DNA from: Laetmonice hystrix
Lineage: Eukaryota
NCBI GenBank assembly: GCA_965235115.1
Contig: OZ249436.1
Coordinates: 13,330,001 to 13,394,000 of the forward strand
DNA: 64,000 nucleotides
Direction: 5' to 3'
Part shown: positions 1 to 10,811 of the stretch, piece after piece
Layout: each line of letters starts with the position of its first letter
Position numbering within the stretch: position 1 is the first letter of the stretch
Translations under genes and position numbers: made by a program
Notes under the pieces: model-generated
Told to the model about the DNA's origin: nothing
Database searches by the model: none
Seen by the model: the letters and a program-made list of their open reading frames with translations, nothing else

Positions 1-400
1 GGTTATAACCAAACACATCAGTCCAGCTTTCATACAACACAGACAGACCACATGGCGATCTCTGAGATATAATTTAGCAGACTTTCACTTCTTAGACTAG
101 TATGATATAGGACGGCACCAATGAGGGCTTCACTCATATCTAGTAGTAGCCGACGCAATGGACAAAATTCACTATCTATTGGAAATAGAAGGTTCTCATA
201 TATATTTTCCTTGTGTACTATTTCTCCAAATGCACCATCGTGGGACGTACGGTTGTAAAATAAAAGTTCCTAAAACGTAGCCGCTGTCTTGTTGCATTAA
301 AGGAAAGCTTTTGGATGCGACCACCACAGGGAAGTAAAAAAGGCGTTAAGTTTTTCGGGGTAGACTCCTTAGGATGTTTGCATGGGAGGCTCATACCTAC

Positions 401-433
401 CGGTGGTGGAATATACTGCTCTGGGGGCTCCAC
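401..433 (-). CDS. Candidate 33-nt Pro-rich microexon
   Basis: aattggcctttccag|GTGGAGCCCCCAGAGCAGTATATTCCACCACCG|gtaggt; phase 0 to 0; VEPPEQYIPPP. Confidence 0.4.
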
Positions 434-1450
434 CTGGAAAGGCCAATTAACACTATAGGTGATGCAAACACTTAACAACTCAGCAAGAAAAAAACAGCCA
501 GGGCACCCCACCCCTGTCAATAAAGCTGCCCCTGCTTCCTGGTGAATGTAGGCTCCATCTCAGTAACTGAGCAAGTGAGGGACAACTAAACCTTACAACC
601 AAGAAAAGTGAACACTAATTGAATGTCCATTTGATCACTTTTATAGCTTCCAAAAGGAAAGCTTTAATGATTTACTAGCAAAATCTACTTATATTTGTAC
701 TAGCTAATTATTACTAGATATACCGTTACAGTTATATATAAGTTTGCCTGTAATCCTCACGATTAAGAAATATCCTGTTAGTCGTCAAAGTTTAAGCCTT
801 GGGTCAAGGTCAGATATGCAACTTTAAAATTTTGAAGCATCAGTATTTATTAAATTATTATCATTGGCAGTAAAAATTATTCATAATTTTTATAATACCA
901 CATAATTTTAACATCGTAATGTACATCATTCTGGCCAATGCTCCCAGCAGGAGAATCGTTACTGACCGTTTAACAAAGAGATCTATGTAAATTTTACACA
1001 GACAGTTTGATAGGACACTTTGATTTCAAAGACATACCGTTCTAGTATTTTCCTTCATTAGCCTTTTATTTCTGACGGTATAATTTTGGTGATTTTGGTG
1101 AACCTCCTTAGAGGCTCATGGCTCTTTAGAAACTACATGTATACTAATAATAATTTTAGAATAAAATCATTTTTATGTCTGAATCAGCTTTATTTATCAA
1201 GCCTACAAAAATGATTACCGGTATCTTTAAACAATATGGTCATTATGTACAAAACCCTGGTTTACACTTTCATAAAACGTTATTTACACTTATTTGATAA
1301 CACTTTCTATACAGCTCTTACCAGAAATCTCCAATCATGCAAACACATGGACATCTACCAGGTCAGCAGTGTGACCTGTGTGTAATGGAAGATGTCATGC
1401 AGGCTAAGTGCATACTAACCCCTCGTCCACCCACTACAAGTTCCAATTAC

Positions 1451-1522
1451 CGGTATATGGTTATTAGGAGGATGAGGGTTAGATGGTATAGGTATGAGCC
1501 TCCGCCCTCCCATAATGTAGGT
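1451..1522 (-). CDS. Candidate 72-nt Pro-rich cassette exon
   Basis: ctctagtctattag|ACCTAC...ATACCG|gtaatt; phase 0 to 0; TYIMGGRRLIPIPSNPHPPNNHIP. Confidence 0.3.
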
Positions 1523-2094
1523 CTAATAGACTAGAGTAATCCGCGGTGGGCAGAAAGTATGGTAGGGCCTGGGGAGACTGTACTCCAGGGCCCCTACTCC
1601 CGCCCTGACTAAACCATCTCCACCATCTGGGGAAAGTCATCATGTTAACTGAATTATTGACTGATAATCTACTGGCACCAAGTACGGGTACGCATTACTG
1701 GGCTCAGTTAATGACAGTACTACTTGATGAAGTTTGGCATCATTTTTCTTATCTTGCTCGTCATCAGCTTTCTTTCTTGAGGGAGGAGCCAACCATATTC
1801 GCGACAGTCTGACACTCTATTCAACCCTTTATACCTGGAACCGCTTTGCTAAGCCCAAACAACCCTTTTATCGAGTATCAAATTACATACAAACGGGGAT
1901 TTGGGGCCAGGAGTCGAGGCACAGGACAGTCTCAAAGCAGACATAGGAGACATAACATTAAGACAAATCAAATTCAGCGACATTTACAGTACAGACCCAT
2001 CAGACGGCTCTGACACAACACTCGTCCATCACTTTATCTAAACGACCTGCTCCCTAAAAAAGTGGGGATTTCCCCCCCCCCCCCTCCCTATTAT

Positions 2095-2260
2095 CTCTAA
2101 CGTTATGACCACATGATCCAAGGTATTGTTTGTTATCTGAGGAGGGATATCTAGACTAATTCGCGTTACCATCTTTACACGCCGGTATACTGGTACGTGA
2201 TCGAAAAGGATTGGAGCAGAAGACACAACCATAAATTTCCAAGTACAATGTATCAACAAC
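2095..2260 (-). mobile_element. Possible LINE APE-endonuclease remnant
   Basis: VTRIS......NNTLDHVVIT resembles PTRIT..S.TLIDHI.T. Confidence 0.25.
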
Positions 2261-2804
2261 TTCCCTCACTCACGTTTAAAAAAACCCTCAAATGCTGCCC
2301 AGAATAACCAAAATCACTGAAAGAATAAAATACAGTACTAATAATTACGGTGAACTTTCAATTTTAAAACACTATCTAGACCCATTGAACAGTAGTATAT
2401 TATATGCCTCAACCTTATTCAGCGGTGGCAAGTGCAGGTATTATATTGGGCGCCTCTTTTACCAAAAGTCTACTTGTCATTCAAGTATGGCAAAAGCTTA
2501 GACAGAGGTTTGGAACAGCCAGAAATTGTGACAGGCTAAGCTCCCCCATACTTATTCTCAAAACAATGGAAATTCTTAATAATGAATCCGCAACATGTTT
2601 ACTTTGGTGACTACTAAATGCGTGTGTTATTGTGAGTGCCTTCATGACTATATCTATTTAAATTTTAAAAGAAAAAGTGGAAAACGGTGCAGAAATAAAG
2701 CTACGTGTATCATAAACTGATACCGCCCCTTCTGGCTTCAAAGTGACCTTTGCAGAGTAAGCTAACCAGCAGAACCTAGCTTTGCCTCCAAAAATACAAG
2801 TTAC

Positions 2805-2904
2805 CTTAACCGGCAGATTCTCTATTCATCTGCCAGGGATTTGAGTTCGAATTCTCATCAATTTCTGCACTTTCATCACTTGCATGTGAAGGTTGATGAG
2901 GCTG
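2805..2904 (-). CDS. Candidate downstream exon containing a stop codon
   Basis: gaatatttccag|CAGCCT...GGTTAAG|gtaact; phase 0 reads QPHQPSHASDESAEIDENSNSNPWQMNRESAG*; splice-site inference only. Confidence 0.3.
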
Positions 2905-3900
2905 CTGGAAATATTCCAAGACGGTACTAAGTGCCTTGCCCTCACCCTCTCAGTATGGTTATCTATCATCTTGTAATAGTAGTCATTCTACATTTCAGAG
3001 GTGCATACGGCGCCCCTGTGGCGTCCTCTTCACTGGTACACGTATTTTAAAATGCCAGCCGAGTTATCCTCCCACGTGATGGTTCTTTTTAAAAGAAGAT
3101 TACCCTAATAAGGTCATAAACCCATTTCTACCAACCATTCACATTTATCCCGCTTGCATACACAATCCCATGTGCTACAGATGAATCTGCCAAGCACCAT
3201 ATCTACAGACTAATCTGGAACCAAAGGACCCGTTATATCAAAGCACTGGTATGAAAAGCTACAAGAATCAGTTGTAGGTCTGGCACGGCTGACGGTCCAC
3301 TGCCGTCTAGATCTCCGGTTTAGACCGTGTGAGAATCGTACTTCCCTGAACACACATACTTCAGTCAGTTATCGTGGTCAGTCGGGTTAATCAGAGTGCT
3401 TGCACATGTGCTCAATGATTGCTTTTCTGTTCGCCATTAACGCTATCTAAAATTCTCAAATAAAAAACTACGAAAGCCAAAAGACTGAAGAACATGCGAT
3501 ATCACTTGACCCAACGCCTCTTTCAAATAAGTCCACTGAATATTTGTTAGTTTTTTCATAAACAGGCAAATAAAAAAAGAAGTATATCCACCAGCATTCA
3601 TGCACTTTATATTGATATGTAAGAATGTGGTTAAACAGCACGACAAATGAACTGAAATACAGCACATTAATTAAAGTTAGCAATAAATAATAAAAAAAAT
3701 AAATAAAGTTTCAGAAGCTTTTTCTTTAAATCTATGGAATCAAAATTTCTGCCAAATTTTAAGAAAAAAGACGATAACAAGATGTAGGTTATCATTAGAG
3801 TTTGGCGCTGACATATACAGAATGTCGGCATCGTTTCAGTATATTTTCACCCCAGACTCTGAGTTTGCCTGTCTGTGGTAGGCCATGCTCCCGTTTGGTT

Positions 3901-4113
3901 TTAGTGGCCGAGTCCCAAGCCTGGTCCATGGAACCAGTCTGTATTAGGCTGGATGCTGGTGGGCAAGATTTGAAATATGACCTTAGCATTGGCTACAGTG
4001 ACCTCTTGCTCGACATTGTCCTGGCTGGACAGCGCGTTGTTGGTGGGCAGGGGTTGTCCTTGGAGTGGCGAGCTCTCACTCATACCCTCATCGTCCCGCT
4101 TACTGTCTCCGGC
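3901..4113 (-). CDS. TTYH: Candidate tweety C-terminal exon 15 (3' boundary uncertain)
   Basis: gtgcctttatcgcag|GCCGGAGAC...; phase 0; AGDSKRDDEGMSESSPLQGQPLPTNNALSSQDNVEQEVTVANAK. Possible donors after 4086 (gtatga) or 3982 (gtcata), or read-through to the stop at 3901. Confidence 0.4.
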   Translation of the reverse strand, partial: AGDSKRDDEGMSESSPLQGQPLPTNNALSSQDNVEQEVTVANAKVIFQILPTSIQPNTDWFHGPGLGLGH

Positions 4114-4486
4114 CTGCGATAAAGGCACTCGTGTGAAACGGAGACGGAGACTATAGGCCAACCAATCACTAGCACGCCTAGCACAAAACGGGATCGCTGA
4201 AAGTACCTGTTTCTCTTGTTTTTGTCTTATGTCTGAGAGTGAACAAAATGTTTGATAACTAATGTAAATATATAAAAGAGAAAGAATGTCCAAGAAAGAA
4301 CAATTGGAGAAATCCAAGCCTGGCGCGGTCTCCTGGCAGAGTTTATTCCTAGATCCCTCTTAGTTAGACCAGTTGACTGCCCTTGTTACCAAGGCTATCA
4401 GTGAGGACTCTAGGGTGCTAACATCAGTAAGCAGGTGTTCCTAACCGTTCTCTCTCCAAATCAAGATTAAATGTTACAGCGCTTAC

Positions 4487-4519
4487 CACCTCAGATAAGG
4501 TGCCCTCAGGACTGAGATA
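4487..4519 (-). CDS. TTYH: Probable tweety exon 14b (33-nt cassette)
   Basis: ttctgtttcccattgttttatccag|TATCTCAGTCCTGAGGGCACCTTATCTGAGGTG|gtaagc; both sites near consensus; phase 0 to 0; YLSPEGTLSEV; completes PPAY. Confidence 0.6.
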
Positions 4520-4704
4520 CTGGATAAAACAATGGGAAACAGAAGGATACAACCAACGAGCTCGAGTGAACGGGCAGATAGATACAGAGATAAATAAATA
4601 GATACATCAATAAATGAAATATACAGGCATGGTCACTTCAAAGGTTAGACTGATGTACTCAAAGCTAACTGTATTCCCACTTTTATCAATCAATCATGAC
4701 AACC

Positions 4705-4932
4705 GTCTGAGGATGTGGAGGAGTGTAGGGCATGTAGTCTGAGGAGGTGGGAGTGTAGGGCCTGCAGTCTGAGGAGGTCGGAGTGTAGGGCCTGCAGTCT
4801 GAGGAGGTCGGAGTGTAGGGCCTGCGCCCTGGGGAGGTCGGAGTGTAGGGCCTGCAGTCTGAGGAGGTCGGAGTGTAGGGCCTGCAGTCTGAGGAGTGTA
4901 GGGCCTGCAGTCTGAGGAGTGTAGGGCCTGCA
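4705..4932. repeat. 30-bp GC-rich minisatellite
   Basis: Unit gtctgaggaggtcggagtgtagggcctgca: five about 30-bp copies (4737-4886), one degenerate 32-bp copy (4705-4736) and two 23-bp deletion variants (4887-4932). Confidence 0.97.
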
Positions 4933-5121
4933 GGGGCAGTGCTCAAAGTGTGCTTACCATGTTACAGGGACAGACGTAAGACATGGAGACAGACGCGGTC
5001 ACAAGTCACGTTCATCTGTCAATCTCACCTGTTATAAATGTCGGAACCATACAGGCTACCGAACCCGCTGGTTAAAAAAAAAATTATTGTCTAACCTGGG
5101 AAAAACGTGGTAGGGTGACCG

Positions 5122-5184
5122 TCAACTCGAGATTGTCCTGACTCGCATGCGATCGGATAGTTCCTGTGTCAAACTGTGGAGATA
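5122..5184 (-). CDS. TTYH: Candidate alternative terminal exon 14a of tweety
   Basis: cattttgttttaaaacccag|TATCTCCAC...TGA; phase 0; YLHSLTQELSDRMRVRTISS*. Supported only by the acceptor and the expected initial Tyr. Confidence 0.35.
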   Translation of the reverse strand, partial: YLHSLTQELSDRMRVRTISS

Positions 5185-5752
5185 CTGGGTTTTAAAACAA
5201 AATGAGTTTTTGAATGATGTGCACCGGCCATCACAACTGTTGGTGTAGGGTTGAAGATCAAACTGTGCTGCATCTCTACGGCTGCTGTGTCAGAGTGCAG
5301 ACGGCGGCAGTTTACAGTGGCGCCATGTGGTGGTCACAGACCGAAACACTATGCCTGCTCAAGCTGCTCAGCCAGTCCTCGAGCCAGTCAGTCCCTACGT
5401 CAAATGCAGCAGTCAATCCACTGAATCCACTGTTATTATGCAGTTTCCTCATGCTCTGCTATCTTTAAAACGAATGCAGACTCGTACCGTAATACGGGTA
5501 TTCGAGCATCTGTAAGAACGTTTAATCTGCCCGATTTCAGTTTCTGATTGGCTTTGCTTCAAGTGCACATACGTATATGATAATGTATATTTTCACTTTT
5601 TGTGTGTTTTGTGTTCGTAAATTCCACATCCTAAATAATAATGCAGGTGTGGTTTATTGCTTGTTAAGAATGGAAGGTGATGACAGAGTTATCTGTATTA
5701 TTACAGAATTATAACTTTTATCGGCTATCATGGGCTGTCAAACATCCTGTGG

Positions 5753-5838
5753 TGAACATGTAGAGCCTTTCTCTCTCCCTTTCACAGGATGAACATGTAG
5801 AGCTCTCTCTCTCTCCCTTTCTCTCTCTCTTTCTCTCT
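5753..5838. repeat. (CT)n-rich microsatellite with short local duplication
   Basis: tgaacatgtagagc occurs twice, each followed by ctctct...ccttt tracts. Confidence 0.8.
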
Positions 5839-6855
5839 GGCGGCTTTTAAACAGAAACAGTTTCACATGCCTTAGAATGTCATGCTAGGTGGCAGCACAG
5901 TCGGAGTTACTAGCCTACCATGCCGTATAACGTCATATATGCCTCCGGGCCTCAACAACATGCAGATTTTGTCTACGTCAGGGTGACTCATTCCCGTCAC
6001 ATTCAGCAAATCATGATGGCGTGAACACAATACAATCACAAGGATGGTCGGAACAAAAGGAGATCAAACAGGGATTATCAACGTCCTATCTGATCTATAA
6101 CCCCGTAACCTTGGAAGAAAGCTATATTTTGGGCACCGACTTGCGCAACAAAGCGGCATAAAATATTTCATAAAACCAAAACCGAAGAGGGGCGGTAATA
6201 TGTGTGGTATGATGGTAGTAGGTGATGTTAGCTATCATAACCCTTAGCTTTAATCTCTGTGAACTCTGAAAACAATAATCCCAACTATATTAGAATAAGC
6301 ATTCTCCACGAGTCCCGTGTATGGATCTAATAGAGCGATGTAGTGAAGAACAAGTACCTAAATCCCTTCAGTATGCCACCCTATCGAATTGTTCAGAAGG
6401 AGCGTTTGGTATCTACATCGAGTGATCTCAGAATCGCAACATGCATCCATAATGCACTGGTCACACACACAAGTCTCGTTCTAAGTGCAACACAATCATC
6501 AAACCTGCAAACCGTTTACTGTTTCAGTACAGTTGCTGATTAACATTTATTCAAATTAAATTCATAACAAAAATTCTCCACCTGCATTACTTCGAAAAAA
6601 TTAATAAGGGGTTTGCTCTATACAAAAAGGAAAATTTAGATGTTTAAACAATAAATGGCATACAGTTGAAACTATCTTAAAAAACAAAATGTGATGCTAC
6701 AGGAATTCTAAAATCAGTGTCAACTATTTCCTATGTACAAACTTCCTAAACAAACAATACTAAAATAAAAACTATATCTTTATATATCTGAATGATATAT
6801 GAGGGTAAAAAACTTGATAGCTCACCAGTGAATGAGGAACTGGAGTAGTACTTAC

Positions 6856-6928
6856 AGCTGGTGGCGGCGAACTGCGGCGGTGCATTGGTATGTGTTCACG
6901 TGGATTTGTATGGCGGCCACGGGTGAAG
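6856..6928 (-). CDS. TTYH: Tweety exon 13 (NPR.E..P.....SPPP)
   Basis: tattatttgacag|CTTCACC...CCAGCT|gtaagt; 73 nt, phase 2 to 0; FTRGRHTNPREHIPMHRRSSPPPA, resembling vertebrate TTYH2/3 NPRYENVPLIG..SPPP. Confidence 0.85.
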
Positions 6929-7005
6929 CTGTCAAATAATACACAATCATGGTTTACGTGGACATCATGGTGGAAACCAATCATCAAACATCTATGTGGG
7001 ACGGT

Positions 7006-7175
7006 ACATGATAAACGTGTTACTGGCTACCGAAACATGATAAACGTGTTACTGGCTACCGAAACATGATAAACGTGTTACTGGCTACCGAAACATGATA
7101 AACGTGTTACTGGCAACCGAAACATGATAAACGTGTTACTGGCTACCGAAACATGATAAACGTGTTACTGGCTAC
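7006..7175. repeat. 29-bp minisatellite, about 5.9 copies
   Basis: Unit acatgataaacgtgttactggctaccgaa head to tail with no spacers; one variant copy has ggcaaccgaa. Confidence 0.97.
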
Positions 7176-10100
7176 ATGCACAACTAGATCATGGTACATA
7201 CAGATACTTGTATAAAATGCACATGGAAGGCTCTTTTTGTTAAATTCTTAAACAATTCTTAATTGATCATCCAATACACGTACTGGAATATAAATATAAA
7301 TATGAAAGATGTCATCATTTTTTGCTTTCATCAATGTTTAAACGACCCTCATTTTTTCAGCTTTTTCAAATTATTTGATGTTATGAAAGAGCTTCCATGT
7401 CATATGTCTGTGCAAGATAGCAGACACTGGGCTGAGACTGTGACCCGGAATCAGACGCCAGCGGTACACGACTCCATATCAACTCTGGACAACTGAGCTC
7501 AGACTACAACTCCAACATAAACCACTAGAGAGGGGGGAAGTGAACGCTAAACTCCTCCACTATAACTCCTTGACAATCGTTTACAACTCAACCATCACAG
7601 TTTATTTTGAAGGGGTGTGAAGAAAACGCGTCTCCATAATAATTGAATCTTAATGCAGCGAAAAAATTAAGTATTGAAAGAAGACAACTACTGATTAGCT
7701 TCTTACTTGTACAAGTATTCTTTTACCGGAGATAATTTCGTATGATACGTAAGTAATAAATCTCTGTACACTTACGTTTGGACACCGAGTCATACTAGAA
7801 CTACTTCAGCTTGGTAAACCCCACTTCAAAGTAAGCTCTTACATGTAGTCTTAACAAATTTCTACTGTTTTCTCCAAGTGGGCATGCAGAAGTAAACGCT
7901 GACGTATGGTACTACATGACGGGAGAATCATCCCAAAAGGTGTGGTATCTAGAGTTTCTCCAATGGCATTGTCTAAGGAGTGCTGGCTGGTAGAAAATCA
8001 CTCCTAAACTTTCTAAAAGTCGCTATCATTCTCAAACGTAGGAGTTATATTTCAAGGATAATGCTTCAGAGGGTCTTCAAGGGAATCCAGGCAAAACTAT
8101 GGCCTCTTACCCAGAGGTAGATATATTCAAAAGGACAGAAACCTTAAAAGTGAATCTACAAATCAATGTCTAGGTATGGATCAAACAACTTTCTGAAAAT
8201 GGTATTTCTGCCAGGATTAATTAAATGGAACCAGAAAAATAGACGCATATCCACAGATATTTTTCAATCATTTAAAAATAACAAAATTATCTCATAGATA
8301 AGATATGATAATATCAAATTGATTGAAATTGGGTTCTAGATCTGACATACAGCAGTGACGGCAATGGCAAAACTTCGGTAAAAATTAAGGAGAGGGATTT
8401 AAATCATAGCCAGTTAAATTAGAGAATGCCACCAAAATATAAAGTAGCGAGTATGATGCTATTGGCAACCACTCTGCCGCAACGAACAAAGGCTCACTGC
8501 AGCAAGAATATGGCACAGTGCAGCACGACGAAACACAGGATTGACAGCGATATACGGGTCTATGGTTGACAAGGTTCCACATACCAAGGCAGAAACACTT
8601 CTATGAGCATGGTGCAACTCAGCTCGAGTCAGAGAGTGTGAAATCTACAAGTACCAGAGGAAGAGAACCAAAAACACTCTTCTCAGTACTTCTTCCATGG
8701 ATAATCAAAGACGCTGCAACACCACGCAGACAAAATTGAATTCTTTAAAATGTAATATTCAATTTTCTCTTAATGTTATAAATAGAATCTCTTTGTGGCG
8801 CCTGTGAGTTACACTTTGTAGAGTGCTGCCAATAACAAACATGCACCTGCTCAACACAGGAAGTCTCCAGTTACATTTTCTCACCATCCCTACCACAACC
8901 CAAACCACTACGGTTTCCCACATCTTTTGAGATGACGAGACGTTCTTACTACACAGGCGTGTACCTCCACACTGGCGTTGAGAGGCCACAGCCAGCCACG
9001 GCCAACACCGGTCTCCACTGATGGCCAATCACCATGGCAACACTGATGCAGGGAGTCATTTTATACACAAGCTATGCACCAGGTGGAGCTCTAGTCAAGC
9101 AGGCAATCATAAAAGCAGGTGGCCAATCACCAAACGAGAAGGGTGAAGATGTGGACGCTAGCATGTGCATAGATTTAATTAAGTTTTCGCAGGGCGGTGT
9201 TAGCAACAACCTAGTCATGTTAATACTTCTGGTAAAGAAACAAAACTACGTTAAAGCACTGTTCAATTTTAAATCTGTTGTGTCCCATCACATGCATAAA
9301 AACCAAAAAAGAAATTGGTTAGAAAAGGTTAGGATAAAACAAACGTGCAAATGGGTTGGCCCCCTGTCGGTAAGAATTGAGGGCTTGTCATGCCGAGGTT
9401 AATCACAGGTGGTTAGGTTACATCAATTACTGGTATCCACATTTCTTGATAACCAGTAAAGGTGACTTTTCCACTGTCTAATTGCGAGTGAGAAATAACC
9501 ATCCAACTAGTGCTACATGTCCAAGCACGGCCTTTACTCTACTAATGACTGCATGTATGCATGTCTGGGTGTGGGGAGAATACAAAAGAAACTTCATCTT
9601 TTACCTTGTTTGATGACACACTTGTTAAATGAAGTCAAAACTTGGAAAGTGCACACCAACTCGAGTGTGAGGCCACTGTCAAGGTAGGGCCCATGCAATT
9701 GCTCTCTGGAGGCTTTAAGTCGAGATACTTAATCACATAGTAGTGGGCTTGCTCTCTTTGCCTCACAATTTGTCCGCATGGTAAAACTGCACCAGCAGAC
9801 TGTCAGCACAGACAAGCACTTAACGTCCCCAACTCCTCTCATAATGATCACCTTCCATCATTGTTTTAACATATTACCGATTATTACGACCACCGTCAAT
9901 CGTCTTAACGCCAAAATAAAGGAAACTTCAAAGTTAAGGGTGATAGCTTTATATTTATTTTGGGGTGGAACAGTTAAATAAATCATATGGGCACTTAAAA
10001 AAAGGGCACTTACCAAAAATATCTTAATAAAAGGTTATTACAAGTGGGCCAAAGTGTACAAGGAGTGACCATCACACATGTTGAGGACAAACATTCAGGA

Positions 10101-10688
10101 TATTAGGTTGCTATATATCATAAGGAAAGCCTTAGAAGATTATACAAAACTAGCCTGCTTTGAGTGTCTGAACTGCCACTTCTGGGTTGTAAATGTAAGG
10201 GGGGAATTCATGGTTAATAAGATTCTGGTAGGCCAACAAAATTTGGGGAAAATGCAATAATTTAAAAATCTGCAAGATGCTATTAAGATTCTTTTTTAAA
10301 AGAGTATTTTCAAAAAAGGTCGTGATTCGAGTAATGAAGATAACAAAGTGAACGAGAAATGTTTCGAATACATGCAACATTGCCTTTTTTAACAAAAGTT
10401 TCGATATTTGTATACATGTACACACATGCTACCTGGTCTTATGAGAATAATGTTTCGTAAAACGAAGAATTAATTACATGTGCAGCCACAAATCACTGAA
10501 ATGATCCCATAAAAAGTATCTAGGTCTGAGATTATATCAAGTGCAGCCAGCCTGCCAGTGAGAATTTGTGGCTGAGACCAGCCTCACGTAGTACCACAAA
10601 ATGGCAACTGATCATAGCGCAAAATGACCATTGATGACAACCACAAAATTACTTTGCCTCCAAAGTAGCAGAAGAGGGGGCTACTCAC

Positions 10689-10811
10689 GACGTGTCCTCG
10701 TGACTGGAGTGGGGCCGGCTAGGCAGAGAGCCGTACCTGTAATAGGATGGGGATGTGTTGTCTGCGCGGGGCAGGAACGGATCATCTTCGTCAATCTCAT
10801 AGTACCCCTTC
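10689..10811 (-). CDS. TTYH: Tweety exon 12 (acidic YYEIDEDDPF motif)
   Basis: ggtgttgcag|GAAGGGGTAC...GACACGTC|gtgagt; 123 nt, phase 2 to 2; KGYYEIDEDDPFLPRADNTSPSYYRYGSLPSRPHSSHEDT(S). An internal same-phase donor CAG|gtacgg would end the exon at 10737. Confidence 0.88.

Noticed and set aside
6723-6758. Third Tyr-initial acceptor (ttttattttag|TATTGT, YCLFRKFVHRK*) about 100 nt after exon 13
   Set aside because: AT-rich and intron-like in composition; less plausible than 4519 or 5184, though not formally excluded
7006-7175. 29-bp direct repeats of CRISPR-like length
   Set aside because: Units are head to tail with no unique spacers, there are no cas genes, and the context is a eukaryotic intron
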